Positions 13,841 to 27,799 of a DNA stretch of 64,000 bases are shown here, in pieces. The stretch lies in contig JAYWIR010000012.1 in assembly GCA_036172245.1 (NCBI GenBank), forward strand, positions 3,534,001-3,598,000. The letters run 5' to 3'. How positions within the stretch are numbered: the stretch's first letter is position 1; each line of letters opens with the position of its first letter. The position numbers and the translations under genes are program-made. The notes below the pieces were generated by a model that saw only the letters and a program-made list of their open reading frames with translations, was not told where the DNA came from and did not search any database. Source of the DNA: Raillietiella orientalis (Eukaryota).

Positions 13841-16407
13841 ATGGCCTTCCATTCTCCTATAACAAAAGATAACATTGTTTACTCAAGTAGCAATAGCACT
13901 GCCACATCTATGAATTCTGATAATTCCCTGCCTATGGTAAATGAATATTTGCTGTATTCTAATGCAATTCAAACAGCAACTCCATCTCCCATGTACTTTT
14001 CTCAGTCTTTGACAATGGAACCTGTAAATGTACCAGTTATGCAAAAGCTTCCCTTGTCTAGCATCCCACCAATCAGTTTATCAGCACCAGTTCCAATTCA
14101 TGGTTCTTGTTCCTCTGCTCCAGCTATCAACAAAATTCCTTTGGGTGTTTGCATGTTAGATAATCAACTTATCCAAGCAACTCATTTTCTTGAAAACACT
14201 GCAGAACTTCCAAATGAGATCATTCAGCAAGGTTGGAGAAAGTTTTGGAGCCAAAGAGAAAATCGCCCATATTTTTGGAATAAGCTGACTGGTGAATCTC
14301 TTTGGGAAATGCCATTATCACATAATCAGGTAATGCAAGTTTCGCAAACTTTGAACTAAACACTCAAGATAATCTGAATTTGTTGTTGGGGTTTTATGTT
14401 CAGGTTGATTTGTCATCTGACCCTTTGGGAATCCAGATGTATGCTAATGTGCCACAAACAAATTTAGGAATAAAAAGGAAAGCATTAGATGAAGCAGCAG
14501 ACAGCCCAGCAGTAAAACGCTTTGTTCTTCTGTGAGTATCAAGTGACCATTAACACACTGGAATCTGATCTGAATTTCTATGTTTCCCTCTAATAGAGGC
14601 CCTTGGGATTTGGAAATCCCCACCAATGTATTTGTGTTACAAGAGAGTCTGTGCTCTTATTATCATGTGCATCCAGAAATTGAACTTTTAAGATGTAGCC
14701 TGGCTAGCAAACTACGTCATACCTACCAAGAACTGTGTCACTCTCGTGAAGGCAGGTGTGTTGCTGTGACATATCACCTATGTTTTTTTTTTCTTCTTCC
14801 AGGGATTCATGCTCCAAAAGATTCATTTAGTAGGTGGTTGCTAGAAAGGAAGATCATTGATAAGGGCACTGACCCTCTTTTGCCTAGTGTTTGTTATCCT
14901 GAAATTTCCTTAGTTATGTATAGAGAAATCCTAAATGATATTCCAATCAAACTTGTAAAGCCACGTTTTACTGGTGATGCAAGGAAACAGCTTTCACGTT
15001 ATGCAGAAGCTGCCAAGAAAATGATCGACTCCAGGCAAGTTTGTATGAGAATTTGACCAACATAAATCTAAGGATCAGAAATGCCAGTCCAGAAAGCAGG
15101 AAAATTGTCAAGTGGAACGTGGAAGATACATTTCAGTGGTTGAGGAAAACTGTAGGAGCTACATATGATGATTTTCAAGAAAGACTTACTCATCTGAAAG
15201 TGAGGTCTGAATATGAAAAATGTCATTAATACTATGTCTAGCATCAATGTCAACCACTGCTTAATGAGGCTGCCAAAACATCAGTAGAAGGGATTTGCCT
15301 CAAAATGTACCATCTTTCTGCTGAATATGCTCGCAAAGTGAAATGGCGCCATTTGGAATTGCTTCGCGAGCATGGCATTTCCCCTGGTAAGAGTAGATGG
15401 TCACATCTTCTCACTTTTCCTGTTTGCCGACAGAGGAGGAACCACGTGAGTCCCAACCTCTTCACTGCAGAAGCATATGCCATCCAGTTCGGTTGATTGC
15501 TCCATGTGTCCCTTTGCCTCACATTGAATTTCTGAGAGATAAAGAACAAACATTGTTGCGCTATAAGGGGGACACGGTGCACATAAATAACTTGTATTTA
15601 CATAAGTTGGTAAGTAATAGCTAATATAATTTTTTTAGTTGGCCCAATTCAGGAACAGTTGTATCGCTACAGTTGTGTGGATGACCGCAAATTTGAGAAA
15701 TTCCTTCCTCGTGTATGGAGTTTACTGAAAAGATACCAAGCCTTTTGTGGCAGCAGTGGAGCAGAGATGGAGAGTTCTCTTCCTTTAGCTCTTTTGGAAT
15801 GTTTGAGTCATCATTTCGGTGTTACTTTTGAATGCTTTTCTTCGCCTTTGAATTGTTATTTTAGACAGTATTGTTCTCCTTTCCCAGATACAGATGGTTA
15901 TTTTGGATCAAGAGGGTAAATGAAATGCAATCTGACACTAATGGCGTTTTCCATAGCTCTATATTACAATTGCATCCTGTCAGTGGTTCATTCCAAGTGA
16001 ACCCACCATTTTGTGAAGAACTACTTATAGCATTCATTCGGCACTCTGAAGAATTGCTTTCTACTAGTAGAGAGCCCCTTTCTTTCATCATATTTATTCC
16101 CGAATTGCAGCATGCATTCCCTGGAGAAGCCTTACAACAGCTTGAGCAATCCCGTTTTAATCGAAGACAAATTCTTTTGCCTTCTTGTGAACATGAATAT
16201 CGTCATGGCTGTCAGCATGTGTGTTCTCGTTCTGAAGTAAATCAGCGTGCTGGACATAGTGTACTAATCATGTGGTTACAAAATGATGCTGGAAATGCCC
16301 AATGGACACCTACTCAGGAAAGAGTGGATGCTGTGCTGGAAGCATATAGACCAGGAAGAGAAAGAGAACGAGATAAACAAAGTCTCCTGTCACCTACTGC
16401 TATCTGA
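13841..16407 (+). CDS. PCIF1: PCIF1/CAPAM cap-specific adenosine N6-methyltransferase
   Basis: WW domain ([28 protein letters not shown]), [51 protein letters not shown], catalytic NPPF. Introns 14330-14403, 14532-14596, 14752-14802 (GC-AG), 15035-15078 (GC-AG), 15200-15241, 15387-15433, 15610-15652, 15916-15956. Start codon uncertain: first ATG after the acceptor near 13782. Confidence 0.95.
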
Positions 16408-19400
16408 GTTATTGGATGTTTTTTTTTTACAACATGTCTAGTCACAAAACAATACTCACTATTTTTTGTGAAGCATTTTTATAAAAAAAAATTTCATTCT
16501 ACCCTCATGTCTTTATAAAGAAAAAAAAATATGACCCTGCATATATATGGTGCTAATGATATGAGAGACATTGGGGACCTTATTTCACAAAAATAGCTAC
16601 CTGCATTTGTTATGAAGCTGGTGTTCACTTTGTTTTTTAAATTTTTGGTTTCCAAAAGTTTATCAGTCAAAAAGATTTCTGACTCTGGCCACAAACAAAC
16701 CTATGATGGACTCTACAAATACTTTACGTTCCTCACCTACAACACACTGCTTCCATGATTGTTTGGAATTGTAATTGTCATTTACTTCTATTGAATATGC
16801 AAAGTTATGCAGATCCTTCTCTTATTTAACTTTCTGATCTATTATTTCCATAAGTTCTTGAATTGACATTGAGAATTAGTTTGTTACAAAAGTGATATTT
16901 CCAATTTCATTCATTCAAATCACATTAAATAAATTTAGCTGTGTATCATGAGTGCTTAAAGTGGTTCCTTTCTAATTCTTTTAGGTTCAGAATTACCCAT
17001 ACTTATTTGCACCCAATTTTATTTAAGATATTTGAAAGTGAATTGACTTCAAAGATTAAGTAGCCACTAATTTGATTAAGTAGCCACTTCAGAACTTAAG
17101 TCAATTCTCTTTCAAATATATTAAATAAAATTGGGTGCAAATGAATATGGATAATACAAAAAACCCAACTGGCAACATCTTTGGAACCAGAAATAATAGG
17201 CTGGTAATTTTCACTTTCAGGGTAAACAGACACGAAAATTACTGAACAAAATTCTACACAATGTGAAAAAATTCTTGAAAACACCTGAACCATTGTTAAT
17301 TTGATTTCAGGAACTGTCTTTGATTTCGGCGATATTACAACAAATAATGAGGCCTTAGAGCAAGTATTAGATTATAAAAAAAGACATTTGTAAATACAAT
17401 ATGAGAACATAAAAGGAATGATATTTACAAGAGAACTGGAACTGTATCCATCACCTTCAAGTTTGAACCAAACATTAAATTCAGCAAAAAACTCTGGCAT
17501 GGTGTTCCAATTATCACTATTGTAAACTACAATTCTAATTGTCATCACACATGTACACCTTTTTTGATGGTGCGAAATACAGAAATACACAGCTATCAAA
17601 AGAAAACTGAAACTTCAAGGAAAACTGGATTAATGAAATAATAAACATAGGGATCTTTAAAAATTTTAAACTCAATTCCGTAGATGGATATTATTGAGTG
17701 CAGTCCTTTTCTAATTGAGACTTTAATGAACCTTAATGATGTTCCTACTAGTTTCTCACACAAGAAATCTTACGACAAATCACTTCGACGAGATTCATTC
17801 ACCATAAATCAATATGACTATTGCAATATTATACCATTACAATACTGTACTATCAAAAACTTCAGTCATAGAACCCACTTCACATATCAACTACGACAGA
17901 TACCAATTAACCTGCAGCTCACAAGATTACAATAAATAAAATCATGATCACCAAAAAATACTTTAATTCAAATCATGTGATGTAAGTTTTCAATCTCATG
18001 TTTACCTTTCAAGGAATCTATGTCAATTAAAAAAACAAACATATATTCGATTCGATTAAATTTCAAGTAAAACAGTCATCTCACAATAACTAAATGGATT
18101 CGGTATGAAAGTTTATAGTTTCTCCCAAGAGTTCAACTGGAAAACGAAATCTACGAGGTGATCAAGGGTAGAACTTTAGAGAACGGGCGTTCCTGAGGCT
18201 TTCGAGAAAATTCGCATGATATTCAAGTTGAACCCAGATGAAAGCAAAACCAAAATCTGACAAATTTGTTTTCATCGAAAGTGAATTAAACTTAAAGCAA
18301 GCCTCGAGAGGTGTTGTAATCCAAACAGCAGTTTTTGTGTGGCTTTCCACTTAAGGTTCGACTTGGGAAAAAATACACTCTACATGACTTCAGCTTTAAA
18401 TGAAGAAAAACCGAAACCTTCTGAACATTTGATTCACCTACAATGCACAAGAGTTCATAGGATTCGGTAATAAACAAATTAGTGGCTACATTCTAGGAAA
18501 CGTAGTGATACAGAAAAATCGATGAGCTCCTGAAAAAACTTCATGCAAGCTCTCAATCTGATGCTATTGACTTTCCTCCTTTTCAACCTGACTCTAATGT
18601 AAAGATACGCTTCTGACACAGCAGACTTGTTATGACTTGGTTAATCTAGCTAATGCGTTGATGTACGACATATGAAAACTGAAATTCAAAAACAAATAAT
18701 TCCAGCATGAAAGGCAAGTACGATACACCTGAATCGAAAACCACTTTTCAACCACTTTCCGTTTTTCCGAGTAAAGGAAGTGAGGGAATACAAAGAACGA
18801 TGTAACGTAGAAAGAAATGATCACTACCTCTCATCGTGCTAAATAACGAGCTTCGCACTTTTCTTAGTTTCAGAGTGCACTTAATTAGTAATCACACAAC
18901 AATTAATCATGCTGCATGCAATCAATACAACTTCAGTATTACACATATGTATCTATATTGCTACTTTTGTAGAAACGAAATTTTTTTTTTTTCAAAAAAA
19001 AAAGGAACCTTGTTTCCCTAAAGACTTAGCATGCAAAGTGTACTTAAATGAGGATGCTTGAAACCATGGAAAAAAATTAATTAGGCTTACCTGAAATTCT
19101 ATCTGATAGTGGAATAGATCCCACTAAAAAAAAATTTTTCCATTTAAATGACCGCTTGATTAAATAATTCACACACTGATTTTTTGTTGTGAAAAGTGCA
19201 CAACGCTAAAATAATTTGAATCACTGATTGGCATTTGGTGATCCTGACACACAATAATCACATTGGCAACGAAAGGAAACCGTAAAGTACACTGCGATGA
19301 AAGTACGCATCTATAAATTTCAGTTTGTGTATTTGAAATTTCTCAAGTTTTCATATGTCCAAACACTTGCTTTCGTACCTGCTTATTTCATCTTGAGAAA

Positions 19401-21537
19401 TAAAATGTTTCACTATCGAAAGTTTGCTACTTTGATACAGACGCGAATGCTTACAGCGACTGCACTGTTGAATTCAAATTATTAATTTCAGTAATCATAA
19501 CGGAAAATTTGGCATCTTATTTGTGAAATACATACAGATTTTCAACTCTTTCATGCATCACAGGATTATAAAATCATTGCAAAAAAATTGTTTCGGAAAT
19601 ACTCACCGTGATAAATAAAAACCGAAACCCAAAATTCATAGAGCTAAAAATTTCCATAGGATGCCTGCACTTAGGAAATGGCAAATTACGCTACAAATGA
19701 CATGAATAAACCTGCTCCAACATCGAAACATCGGTTGTATTCCTACGAGATTGTTTTTCACTTGTTTCAGCGACCCTCACAAAAGCAGGGGAAAATGTGC
19801 TTCCAATTAAAAAAAGAAAAGGGCATTTAGTTTAAATGCACCTACACAATAAATAACTTTGTTTCACATATTTCAGAATTCGGTTTCCTTAACAAATCTG
19901 TAGTATTTATATAAAAAACAGAGATTAACCATCTTTGAAGAATTTATCCAAATCATTCAGTACAGAAAACCTAAGAATCTGAAAAACAGTTTTTTTCTCC
20001 ACCAAAAACTTTTGTCATGGGATACCTGCTTGTTATCATATTCCAGCAATTACCAACCAATTATTTTATGCTGGACATTCAACAGTGAAAACAATGTATT
20101 CAAGGGGCAGTTTTATAACTTTTAAATACATGCTCAAAACAACACTTCAAACACAAGAAAAAGAATAAACATAGAAGTGAAATCGGCAATATTGAACTCT
20201 GATAAGTCTAAGAAAGGGTAATGTGCAAAATTACATAACACTGCCAGTCTACATGCTTACTCGGTAAACATGCACTTGCAATTGGAAAAAATCTTTTTCT
20301 AGGTGTTTCATTGCAAAGAAGGCATTCTGCTAAGGACAGTGAACGAAGATTTCTTCCTTATGAATTAAGTAAGCAATACTTTTAAGTCAAAGGCTGCAAA
20401 GCTAATGAGCTTTCAACTGAGACCACTAAAAACGATGAACAATTGGAAACAAAAAAAACATGAACATTTCATTAAAAAAAACAAATCATTAATTCATAAG
20501 CATATCTTACAAAAAAGTTCTTTTCTCTGATGCCTACAATACCACTGTTGTCAATGTGAGTTTCTCCATTAAACATTGCACTTCACAAGATTATGCAAAA
20601 CAATATGGCTAAAGAGGAGGGCTATGGTCATACATACACAGTACATTAAAGTCGGTTATCATTCATGTGGGCTTCCATAGCATATTGAAAGAAAAAAAAA
20701 GGAACACACACAAAATTAAGCACATCAAGGAATGGTTAGAGATTCAGATGAACTCAATCATTTTGGGAGGAAATGAATGTGGCACAAAAGACAGACACCA
20801 TTCTGGAATCATTTGCCTTACCAATTAAAAACAAAAACGCACACATTTTGTTTTCATCATATGGATAATAAATGGAATAAAGAAGGTATGTAGACAAACA
20901 TCACTATAAGAAAAATTAATTTATTCTTCAAGGAACCATGCATACTCCTAATGTAATGTTTAATTTATAACAAACTTGGAATTACAAATCACAAATTCAT
21001 GATTAAAATAACAGCTACAAGTTTACAGTTACCTTCCATAGAAAACTGTAATCAAAATGTTAAATTACTTATACAGAACTTCTACATCTACGAATGCTAA
21101 ACTCACAGGATTATTGATCCATCCATCCTAACTTTCAAAAAGAAATAAATGTGCAAAGAACACTTTCGCATTAAAACAAACTTAAATGAGCTCAACAAAT
21201 GTAACAAATGTTACAAAGATCCATCTTGCATGTTGCAAAAACATGTGACTGATTTTTCAAAAAAAAAAAAAACTTAACAGTTCATGATACCTAACAAATT
21301 AAAAAATGTCTTGCATGACTAACGAAGCAATATGGTTACTTCTTTTCATACAAATACATTAGAAAAAAATTAATTCCTTTGATCAGAACTGATTTATTTT
21401 TGCATTTTTTTTTTTAATATTCTTGAAACTATTATGCTATATGAAAATGTGGTTTTCACTCACCAAACTGAATTTTTAGTCTCATCAACTGTAATAAATA
21501 CCCTGCTCTAGAGGATTCACTTGTATTCAAAAACTTC

Positions 21538-22145
21538 TCATTTACTTCCAAAAGCACATCTATCGAAATGCACTGGAACTTGTAGTATTTTTGCCATTTC
21601 TTCATTCAAAAGTTGGTGAAGTGTTATTTTGCTTCTATTACAAATCCACAAATCCTCCACAAAAGAAAATCTTCTAGGACCACTTAGGGGCGATGATAAC
21701 CAAATTTCTTTATTTGGCTTTTGTTTGTTAATAACATATACACCTACTTTATCTCCCCAATTAATGGTTAACACTCCATCCTGATAGAATAATTAGAAAT
21801 ATGAAGTAATAAACTTTAAATCTGAATAAATTGGAATGCAATCTTCCCTATAAAGAAATATAAATGCAAACCTTGAAAACTGCATCGGCATCAAGAGAAG
21901 GATCACATGTTGTTGTAAGAATTTCAAAATATTCAAGCAATGATTGCAATGTTTCTTCACTAACATACTCGTATTTACTATCACTAATTGTTCTGTAAAA
22001 CAGATGGAAATCAAATACGTAAGTAAAAACTCCATGCAGACACTCCCTCAAATCACACAACGATCAAATTTCGTATGCATCAGAAAAGTAATATAGACCA
22101 AAAATTTACTAACACACGATTACAGTCGACGCACAACACGCATTC
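21538..22145 (-). CDS. FXN: Frataxin (mitochondrial Fe-S assembly); N-terminal exon(s) uncertain
   Basis: Exon ending at 21872 encodes YEYVSEETLQSLLEYFE... and exon 21780-21538 encodes DGVLTINWGDKVGVYVINKQKPNKEIWLSSPLSGPRRF, matching the frataxin/CyaY signature. Possible first exon MRVVRRL near 22145-22124. Confidence 0.9.
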
Positions 22146-23849
22146 AAAAACATGCTGACTAGAAGTTTTATTTCGGGTACTACTTACTATATCAATAATC
22201 TGGCAAAGCAGATACTACAAGCAATGATTTATTATACACTTGATATGACATTTTAAGTATTATGAATATGCGGCGCACCTTGAGCTTTACTTTCATCGAA
22301 TCAGTCCTAGATGGTTCACTAAATAAACACTAAATAACCACAACACGATAGATGCCCAGCGAAAACATGCAACTGGACAAACAGAACGTATGGAAACTCA
22401 ATGCATTACCTTAGAGGATTTACGTAATTTAAATTATTCCATTTCACGTAAATAAGTCCCGTTTTAAGGTAATCCGCTTTAGTCCAAACACCAAAGTTTG
22501 ATCCATTAAACGTAAGCTTAAGATTTAATATAAATCGCAAAAGTCTTGGTGAAAATGGTTTCAGGTAAATGTTCATTGGCCTGCTAACACACGTTTAACC
22601 TTATACTTAACATTTCTTCATAAAAAAGCAATCGTTGAGCGAGATCAGTTACACAATTAACTTGCTTCACTCGTGAATACTTGATTTTCAAGACAATCTC
22701 CCACAGAGCATGGAAACAACAATTTGCAACTCTAGGGCTTTAATAATCACCATAACTATGCGGCCATAACATAACAGCACCTCATACAAAAACTTCGACA
22801 GTGCCAAAACTTTGTCCGAAATATTTATTTTTGAATTCTGCTTGCACAAATATCCCGGTATATTCACAAGTATGTAGAGAAACGATCAAGTACTTCCTTG
22901 AACTCTTCCATGCCTCTTTCCTTAGGCCTCGAACGATGCATAGTTAATAAAAGTCAAACGTTGCCACTGACCACAAAAAATTTCTCTTTTCATTACACGA
23001 CAGACGCCATGTATTTTAGGCACAAAATTCCGTATGCTTCACATTCATTGCATTTTGCCTTTACTCGAATTTTAAATTTCTTATTTCGGCTTGGGAAACA
23101 CGGTTGTGGATGAAATGGAATCTCAAAAGAATCTCTAAATATGAAGTAAATGAAGTTTCAAATACCCGTCCAGGGTTCAAAAGTATAATAGGATCGCATG
23201 TCCTCAAAGCTGTTAATTCCATGAAGTGATAAATAAATCAGTTAATGGAATGATTGTGAGAAAATACATTGTTAAAGGATGTAGCATACGGAATATGCAC
23301 GAGTTGGTGTCCAATAGAAAATCTAGCATTAGTAATAAAAGAAAAGGGATTGTGAATATCATTCCTTTTAATATTTTGGAGTACAGAACGCGTTAATACT
23401 TTTATCTAAGTGTACATTATTTAAGCCAAATTTTGTGCTTTGGAGGAGAGAGACGGAGAGAAGTAAGACAGTTTGTTCATTCAGGATAAAACACTCGTCC
23501 TTACGAGTGGATTATTCTCCATTGCATGTCTTGTTTCGAATAAAAACTACCTAAATGTACCTCTTTAAAATTACCTCTTCTCCACTGTTTCAATAAGGAA
23601 GCAATTTTATGAACTAATCAGTTGCAATCTAGGACATGGAACACGCAGCAACAAAATTCCTTAATACTAATGACACTTTAGGTCATTTGTAGACTAAATT
23701 GTCATATGTTTGTTAATTTCAGTTATATAATAATTTCTTTATCAATTGTAATCGGTGTTGCAGTTCATGTTCTTTATAGAATTGTTTATATCATATAAGT
23801 ATTTACAGAATTACTATGGAATATGTTTTCTTCGATGAGATGGATTCTG

Positions 23850-24350
23850 CACAACTCCGTGATCCATGTATATGAAAATTTGCTAAACAGCTGCAACCAA
23901 AGGTTCCTCTCTAATTCAAATCACAAGGCCTGTCAACCATGGATTATACCAAGACACAATAATTGAAGTCAATCAGCAAAATAGGTCTAACGGAACACAT
24001 CTAGCGTGAAGTAAACAGGAATAAGAGAATAGTTGTAAGGAAGACACACGAAAGGCCCAAAAGTGGCGTCATATATAGAGCTCGAACAAAACAGCTGCAT
24101 AGTTTGTAAACGTTTTCAGTCATTAAAGCACAGTTATCACACTACCACATCGCATGTGTAACGGTGCACCCTACGATGCGGATGCTCAACCGAGAGGCCG
24201 CCAATGAATCTGCTTTGACTTTGCAGCATACTTAACAAGGGATACACTAAAATCTACAAGGAGTTATTAGAGGCTGCGATTATTACAGAACTAAAGATGA
24301 AGAGACGTCTTCAGATAGGTCTGTTGTATTCCTGAAAGGTGTCAAGCAAC
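23850..24350 (+). mobile_element. Possible decayed Penelope-like (GIY-YIG) remnant
   Basis: Broken-frame motifs GVIYR and KELLEAAIITEL resemble GIY-YIG endonuclease motifs; many stops. Confidence 0.3.
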
Positions 24351-24999
24351 CTGCATCAAGATAAATTACAGGTTAAAAATAAAAGCTTCCAATCAGCAAG
24401 AATTGAACAAAACTCCTATAAGAGCTTGTTGGAATGCAACCGCATTAAAAAAAAAAAAAACAAAAGCTTTCATGATAGTGACAGTACTTTGAATGGCACT
24501 GCAAGCCGGTATCAGAGAAAACGAACCTGAAAACAGATCGAAAACAAAAATCCGAGAGAAAAAAAAAAACAAACAAAGCATTTTTCAGCAAAAACATATG
24601 ATCCAAAGAGAAGCGAAACAAGTGCTATCATTTGGTATCAGTTTACAGGAAAAAAAAAAGGGCGAGAATTGTTTGCCTACGTCTTTTGAAACATGCTGTT
24701 AACTTAGTTTCTACATCGTCAGGAAGTCTATTCCCTCTACATTTTTTTTAAAATTGAACTTAACGAGTGAAAACTCAAGACAAGAGGAACCGACAAGCGC
24801 TTACTGAACTTTAAATATTCTAGAGTGATAGTTTCCAAAATAAAAAAATGTTTAGCGTCCACTCGTAAATATGATTTCTTCGTCACCAGTTGAACCATGG
24901 CAGCCTTGTCAAATTGTCCGTTCAAATCTGAATATTCATGGAAATAACGCAATTGGGACTTGGTGGGGTTTGTAAATGAAACTCAACTCCACATAATTA

Positions 25000-25900
25000 A
25001 TCTGGACTTACCAGCACCCAGAGGTTCAAAAGAAAGAGGAAATTTTCCTTAATAAATGATCAAAACTTGTCTTATTAGATCGTCGAGTGCTCTCGTTATG
25101 GATGAATACCGAATCTCAGCCTCCGAACACAATCGTGAAAATCGAAGCTTCCAGAGTTGATGATCACAACGAATCTCGCAATTCATGACATATCCAACTT
25201 TTTCTCCTTCACTTCTTGCTTATTTAAAGTGTTATCTGAATGTCTTTAGTCGTTGAAAATGGATTTGGAGAAAGGCGATATGCAGTTTTTTCATTCATAG
25301 AGGGTAGCAAGTGGGTGGAGAATCACATTTACAGACGCAACTGTCTTAAGCAAGAGTTCCAGCGAAGGTTTGCATGCAATTGGAGATTGTGAACTGCTTT
25401 TCCAGCCATTCTTATTGTTTATGTGATAGAAAGTTTGCGGCAAGAAATTGTTTATGTGGCAAGAAAAAAAAAGGGAGAAAACGCCATATTGTAGTAGATA
25501 TGATAGGCTTAATTACAGCAGCCGATCTGTGGATAGTCCATAATGCAAAGGTGGGTGGTGTAACAACGGGTCTTCATATAATCAACGTGGATCTTGTGAA
25601 GGCATTCAACAGACTTTGGAAGAAAAGGAATAGATTTTGCTTACTTTCGACAAAGGAGGAAAGGAATGCAAAAAAAGTTCCTAATGACTGTACATGTCCA
25701 AAGTTGATAAAAGTGTGCTCAGCTTCAAAGCCCCTAGGAACCTATTCCTTCTTCGAATGGGTGGTAATGTAGCAGGGTATTGGCATTCCCACCGTACCTC
25801 GTTTGCCGTTCTGAGAAGCCTCCTGCACTTGATAATTGAAACACCAGAGAAAAAAGAAAGATTTTTCTCTAATGGTTTTGACGACAAACAAAAGGGCTTG
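25000..25900 (-). mobile_element. Decayed Ty3/Gypsy-like integrase remnant
   Basis: Minus-strand translation near 25600-25510 gives LHKIHVDYMKTRCYTTHLCIMD, like the rve core RIHVDY.GP...LI.VD; frames disrupted. Confidence 0.4.
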
Positions 25901-26329
25901 GAAGAGACTTGGAAGTTTCAGGAAAGAACATAAAAATACTTATATACATAATTTATTCATTATATAAAGATATTAATTTTATTCCTGATTTTGACTATGT
26001 TATTTATAAAAAATCTTGAAAGTGAATTAAAATATTCTTTAATTTATACTTCTGATGAGATGAAGAACACGACCGTGGGAGGTTTCTTAAAAAAAAGTGA
26101 ATACTCTTTTGACCAATGATGTTGTTGGCTTGTAGGAGTCTCCTGAGAATCACTTGTGGTATTACAGGCTCTAAAGAAATATGTATATATATATATACCT
26201 AGAAGAGGTGGATATTGAATTGCTACGATACTCTGATGTTGCATTGTGGATGAATTCTGACTTGTGGAAACTGAATTGATCCTGAGTGAGAAAGTAACGA
26301 AAGAGCGAGCAGCCCCAGATTAGACGATG

Positions 26330-27040
26330 AAACCTCCAGATGATGGAAATCCTCTTCTGTCTTCACAGTTCTTCGACACGGTTCCACGCCACCCAAGGGT
26401 GGTTAGTCTTCAAGATAGGGGGTACCCCGGAAGGGATCCGCCCTATGAATCCAGGAAGGAATTGGAATCTGTCCCTCTCACACCTGGGGAGGGATCCCCG
26501 GAAATGGGGATCACCTCCACCCTGGTTGTCTCCGAAGGGGAATCCCGAAGGGAAATCTCCTTCCTTATTCTCTCCGAAGAGACCCTTGGAGGGGTCCGCT
26601 CCAGTTTTTACTCCTCTGAAGAGAACCTCGAAGAAACACTTCCGAAATTCAGAAGGGCGCTGCTTCCCCGAAGGTATCGGCTCGCGTCTCTGCACTCCCT
26701 GGAGAGGTGGTGGCGACACAGCTACTCCATCAGTCCGACGCGGAGGGGTCCTTCCCGGAATGTGGGGTCCGCTCCTTCACAACCGGAGGGGAACTCCTAC
26801 TCCGTGATTCCTGTAAGGCCAGGAGGTCGACTTCCATTTGGCCCTCATCGGGGGGCACCCAGTTTTAACCGCTACCAGTGCCGCACCCGGATGAATGTGG
26901 GCCAACCAGAGTCATCTTGTGGGGTGAACTCGGGACCCACGACGCAGTGCGTCGATTCCTTCGAAGTATTTGAACCCACGACTCATGGTGCCACGCGCGG
27001 AGACCACCGTAACCACACGGCCTCCGACGCGGACAATTCA
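26330..27040 (-). mobile_element. GC-rich repeat copy: tRNA-like head plus 5' body of an L1/Tx1-like LINE family
   Basis: 26385-26722 aligns by eye with 49741-50152 (shared tagggggtaccccgg..ccct.tgaatcc.gg.agg and ctc.gaagagaac.tcgaag). 26930-27035 aligns with 51335-51450 and, inverted, with 47700-47820. Confidence 0.75.
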
Positions 27041-27799
27041 GCCTCGGTTTGTCGTGAAGGGGTCTCTGCGCTTCTGATGCTGCTGGGTTGTTTCAAAGGC
27101 AAAAATCCAAACGCCTCTTTTCACTATCATGTCTCTGAAGTCTTATTTCACTGTTTCACAAGATGCAGTGGAGACACGAAGTATCCACCTCTCCATGTCT
27201 CTGCAGGTGCAATCACCACTGCAGGAGACCTTGGTCACATGCGGGGTTCTGTAAGAGGGTACCTCCCTCTCACGAAAATCACCCACACGCTGCCAAAGAT
27301 ACCTGCATCAACCAAGGCATCAACTGTCGTAGTAAGTAAACTGTGAGGGTGGACTTTCACTCTAATTAAAGTAGGTGTTTATCTGTGGATGGATGATTGC
27401 TCAGTGCAAATTTATCTACACACGGTCAATTGAATAAGCTTATTAATGAGCTTTCAAATTAACTCGTGATGGCTACATTATGAGTCACTAGTCTACTTGT
27501 GCAAATGAAATATTGGAAAAGTTTCACGAAATGTTTTATTTTTTCTAGCAGACTAGTGTGGACAATAATAATCAAATTATAATGTAACGCAAACAGAAAA
27601 TGTGTATAACTAATGAGTATTTGTGAGCTTTGACGAGAAACTTGGAAAAACCTTCACATTTCAGATGAAAAAAAATATTCACTTCTTTTTTCTTTTTTTA
27701 TCGACAGTGACTTATTGAGTATGATGCTAGTGAACTTCCCATCCTCTTTAAATTAAGAAATCTCTCGGTTTTCCTATTCTTCAGCCAGGAATTTTACCG

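Noticed and set aside
20740..20862. Possible C/D box snoRNA on the minus strand (ATGATGA...CTGA)
   Set aside because: No terminal stem and no recognisable rRNA antisense guide; expected by chance in AT-rich DNA.
26327..27346. 339-aa plus-strand ORF as a novel gene
   Set aside because: It is antisense to a GC-rich repeat copy, has no recognisable domain, and the frame does not appear conserved in the homologous 49.7-50.2 kb copy.
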